From Patescibacteria group bacterium (GTDB lineage Bacteria > Patescibacteriota > Patescibacteriia > Patescibacteriales > GWC2-42-12): 64,000 nt of DNA. A model generated the notes under the pieces. It saw only the letters and a program-made list of their open reading frames with translations. It was not told the DNA's origin and did no database searches. The stretch is from assembly GCA_028703305.1 (NCBI GenBank), contig JAQVNC010000003.1, positions 5,270 to 69,269 of the forward strand, given 5' to 3'. Shown here one piece after another: positions 62,532 to 64,000 of this stretch (position 1 is its first letter; every line of letters starts with the position of its first letter). A program made the translations under genes and the position numbers.

Positions 62532-63287
62532 TTAGCTTTTTTTCCAAATCTTTATAATTTGTTTTTGGCATATGGTTGTAATTATTAATTTATAATTTTC
62601 ATTGATATAGAAATCAATTTCACTGCGCATGCCGAACTTATTTTTAAAATAAATTCCCGGTTCAATCGTATAACCGACGTTAAGCGGCAGCGACTGCCTG
62701 CCCTTTCGGCTAATTCTGGTTCTTGTTCCGTGAGGGCTAACAAAGCCCAACGAATGTCCGGTGCTATGCAAAAATTTGTCGCCATGGCCATGTTTTACTA
62801 AATAATTTCTGGCCACCGCGTCAATTTCTTTGCCAATCGGCGCTGTTTTTTTTGCCAAATTATTCTGCAAATACTTTACAACTTTATCTCTGGCTTTTAC
62901 CACAATCTCAAGGGCGTTAGCATGCTGTTTTGGCAGCTTCCTGCCATAATACAACATCCAAGTAATATCCGCAAACGGCGCGCCCTTTTTATCTAATCTT
63001 GCCCAAATATCAATCATTATTAAATCGCCTTTCTTTAGCTGCCGCGGCTCCTCGGCATAATAGTGAACCTGCGCCGTATTTTTGCCAAACGCCACGATTG
63101 AGCCCTGCTTATCTGATTTTAAATGGTATTTTTTATATTGTTTTTTTATAAATTGCCTAATATCTACATCAGTCGTTTCCGGATTACATTTTATAAATTC
63201 AACAATTTTTTTTATTATCTCATTTAAGGCTTGCGCCGCTTGCTTATGCTGTTTAATTTGTCGGCTCGTCCAGATCATATAAATCAT
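62532..63287 (-). CDS. M24-family metallopeptidase (Xaa-Pro/creatinase-fold)
   Basis: DIWARL..., HSTGHSLG..HG and GYTIEPGIY metal-ligand landmarks. Confidence 0.8.
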   Translation of the reverse strand: MIYMIWTSRQIKQHKQAAQALNEIIKKIVEFIKCNPETTDVDIRQFIKKQYKKYHLKSDKQGSIVAFGKNTAQVHYYAEEPRQLKKGDLIMIDIWARLDKKGAPFADITWMLYYGRKLPKQHANALEIVVKARDKVVKYLQNNLAKKTAPIGKEIDAVARNYLVKHGHGDKFLHSTGHSLGFVSPHGTRTRISRKGRQSLPLNVGYTIEPGIYFKNKFGMRSEIDFYINENYKLIITTICQKQIIKIWKKS

Positions 63288-63294
63288 TTTATTA

Positions 63295-63801
63295 TTAAGG
63301 CTGCCAATTCGCGATTACATAATTATATCCGCTTGGCCGATAAGGCCCCACCGGCCAAACCGCGGGATCAACATTGCCTGACGAACCTTCCATTTTAGCC
63401 CAAAGAGTGTAAGTTTGGCGATCATAAGCGCCGGAATATTTTTGGCAATATTGATAAGAATAAGGCAAAGATCCTTGCCATAAAGGATCTGCTGGCAGCT
63501 TGCTCAAATGAGGAGCGAGCCAGCTCGCTGAAGCGCTGGTAAGAGCGGAGCAATAAGTTGAACCCGGGCCGCTGAAGACCGATGGATATAGGCTATTAGC
63601 GTCATAATATAACTGCAACGCCGAATAAATTTGCCTTAAATCAGCGGTTCGCCTGGAATCCCTGGATTTGATTCTGGCAATATTGACGATAATCATAGTG
63701 GCGCTAGCCAAAAACGCAATAATGGAAATTACCACTAAAAGTTCTATCAGGGTGAACCCCGATTTTTTATTTTGACAGTTATCTCTGTTTGCTAAAAGCA
63801 T
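63295..63801 (-). CDS. type IV pilin-like protein (prepilin N-terminal cleavage/methylation domain)
   Basis: KSGFTLIELLVVISIIAFLA class-III signal. Start placed at MLLANRDN, because the track's upstream extension overlaps the next gene in another frame. Confidence 0.8.
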   Translation of the reverse strand: MLLANRDNCQNKKSGFTLIELLVVISIIAFLASATMIIVNIARIKSRDSRRTADLRQIYSALQLYYDANSLYPSVFSGPGSTYCSALTSASASWLAPHLSKLPADPLWQGSLPYSYQYCQKYSGAYDRQTYTLWAKMEGSSGNVDPAVWPVGPYRPSGYNYVIANWQP

Positions 63802-63820
63802 ACTATAAAAAAATCTTATT

Positions 63821-64000
63821 TCACCAACTCCCGCTTGAGCCGCCGCCGCCGGACGACCCGCCGCCGAATCCGCCGAAACCTCCTCCGAATCCGCCCGAGC
63901 CGCCGCGTCCGCCGCCAATCCACCAAGGAAAAATGCCGCTGGCTTTACCGGCTTGATATTTTTTGGAAACTATATAATCAAACAATAAGCCCAACGGAAT
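63821..64000 (-). CDS. C-terminal end of a TPM-domain/YgcG-like membrane protein with a Gly-rich tail (partial, gene runs off the window end)
   Basis: Translates ...IPLGLLFDYIVSKKYQAGKASGIFPWWIGGGRGGSGGFGGGFGGFGGGSSGGGGSSGSW*. This Gly-rich tail ending in SW is characteristic of that family. Confidence 0.55.
   Translation of the reverse strand: MPLGLLFDYIVSKKYQAGKASGIFPWWIGGGRGGSGGFGGGFGGFGGGSSGGGGSSGSW

Noticed and set aside
63802-63918. N-terminal 39-aa extension (MAADAAARADSEE...) of the pilin ORF in the track.
   Set aside because: It overlaps, in another frame, the Gly-rich C-terminus of the upstream TPM/YgcG-like gene (stop at 63821). The prepilin leader starts naturally at the internal Met (63801).
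1-64000. Search for CRISPR arrays, rRNA, tRNA, tmRNA, SRP RNA, transposases and integrases.
   Set aside because: No regularly spaced direct repeats were found. The repeat families are isolated palindromes. No GGTTCGAATCC-type T-loops or rRNA-like stretches were seen, and no ORF has transposase or integrase motifs.

Overview
The window is a 64 kb, gene-dense, AT-rich bacterial chromosome segment, mostly transcribed on the minus strand. The gene content suggests a reduced-genome, uncultivated Patescibacteria/CPR-like organism, but this is inference and no rRNA or tRNA is present to confirm it. The supporting observations are that housekeeping genes lack Shine-Dalgarno sequences, two T4SS-pilin-like membrane proteins are present, MurE and FemX occur with type IV pilus genes, and there are many palindromic intergenic repeats.

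The core genes are leuS, speA-like, porGDA...porB, rpoB, rpoC, murE, femX-like, ruvA, ftsH, glyQS, rpsA, proS, pilB and a pilin.

An accessory stretch at about 41.2-52.9 kb differs from the core. Its genes carry strong SD sequences and near-consensus TTGACA promoters. It contains five notable units:
- A 40-aa sORF translationally coupled to two radical-SAM enzymes, which looks like a RiPP or peptide-cofactor operon.
- A small membrane protein gene paired with a tandem hotdog-fold protein gene.
- A three-gene run of Fic (catalytic His replaced by Gln), DUF4325 and GNAT.
- A lone hisG next to a TrpR/YerC-like gene.
- A TtuA/TtcA-like PP-loop gene next to two DUF523/TudS-like genes and a HEAT-repeat gene.

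The strongest individual observations are:
1. A leaderless 29-codon mini-ORF with five Cys codons, plus mutually exclusive hairpins ending in a terminator, lies directly upstream of cysK. This is a candidate cysteine-sensing attenuator.
2. The sORF plus two radical-SAM genes form a tightly coupled operon.
3. A roughly 100-nt repeat family occurs four times, with an invariant core and compensatory changes in both stems.
4. A Nudix domain is inserted in LeuRS.
5. Four genes are wedged between porA and porB, and the two pilin-like ones carry Cys-rich or 3D-domain C-terminal modules.

I found no rRNA, tRNA, CRISPR array, transposase or integrase. All calls come from reading the sequence and the ORF track by eye, and no database search was run.
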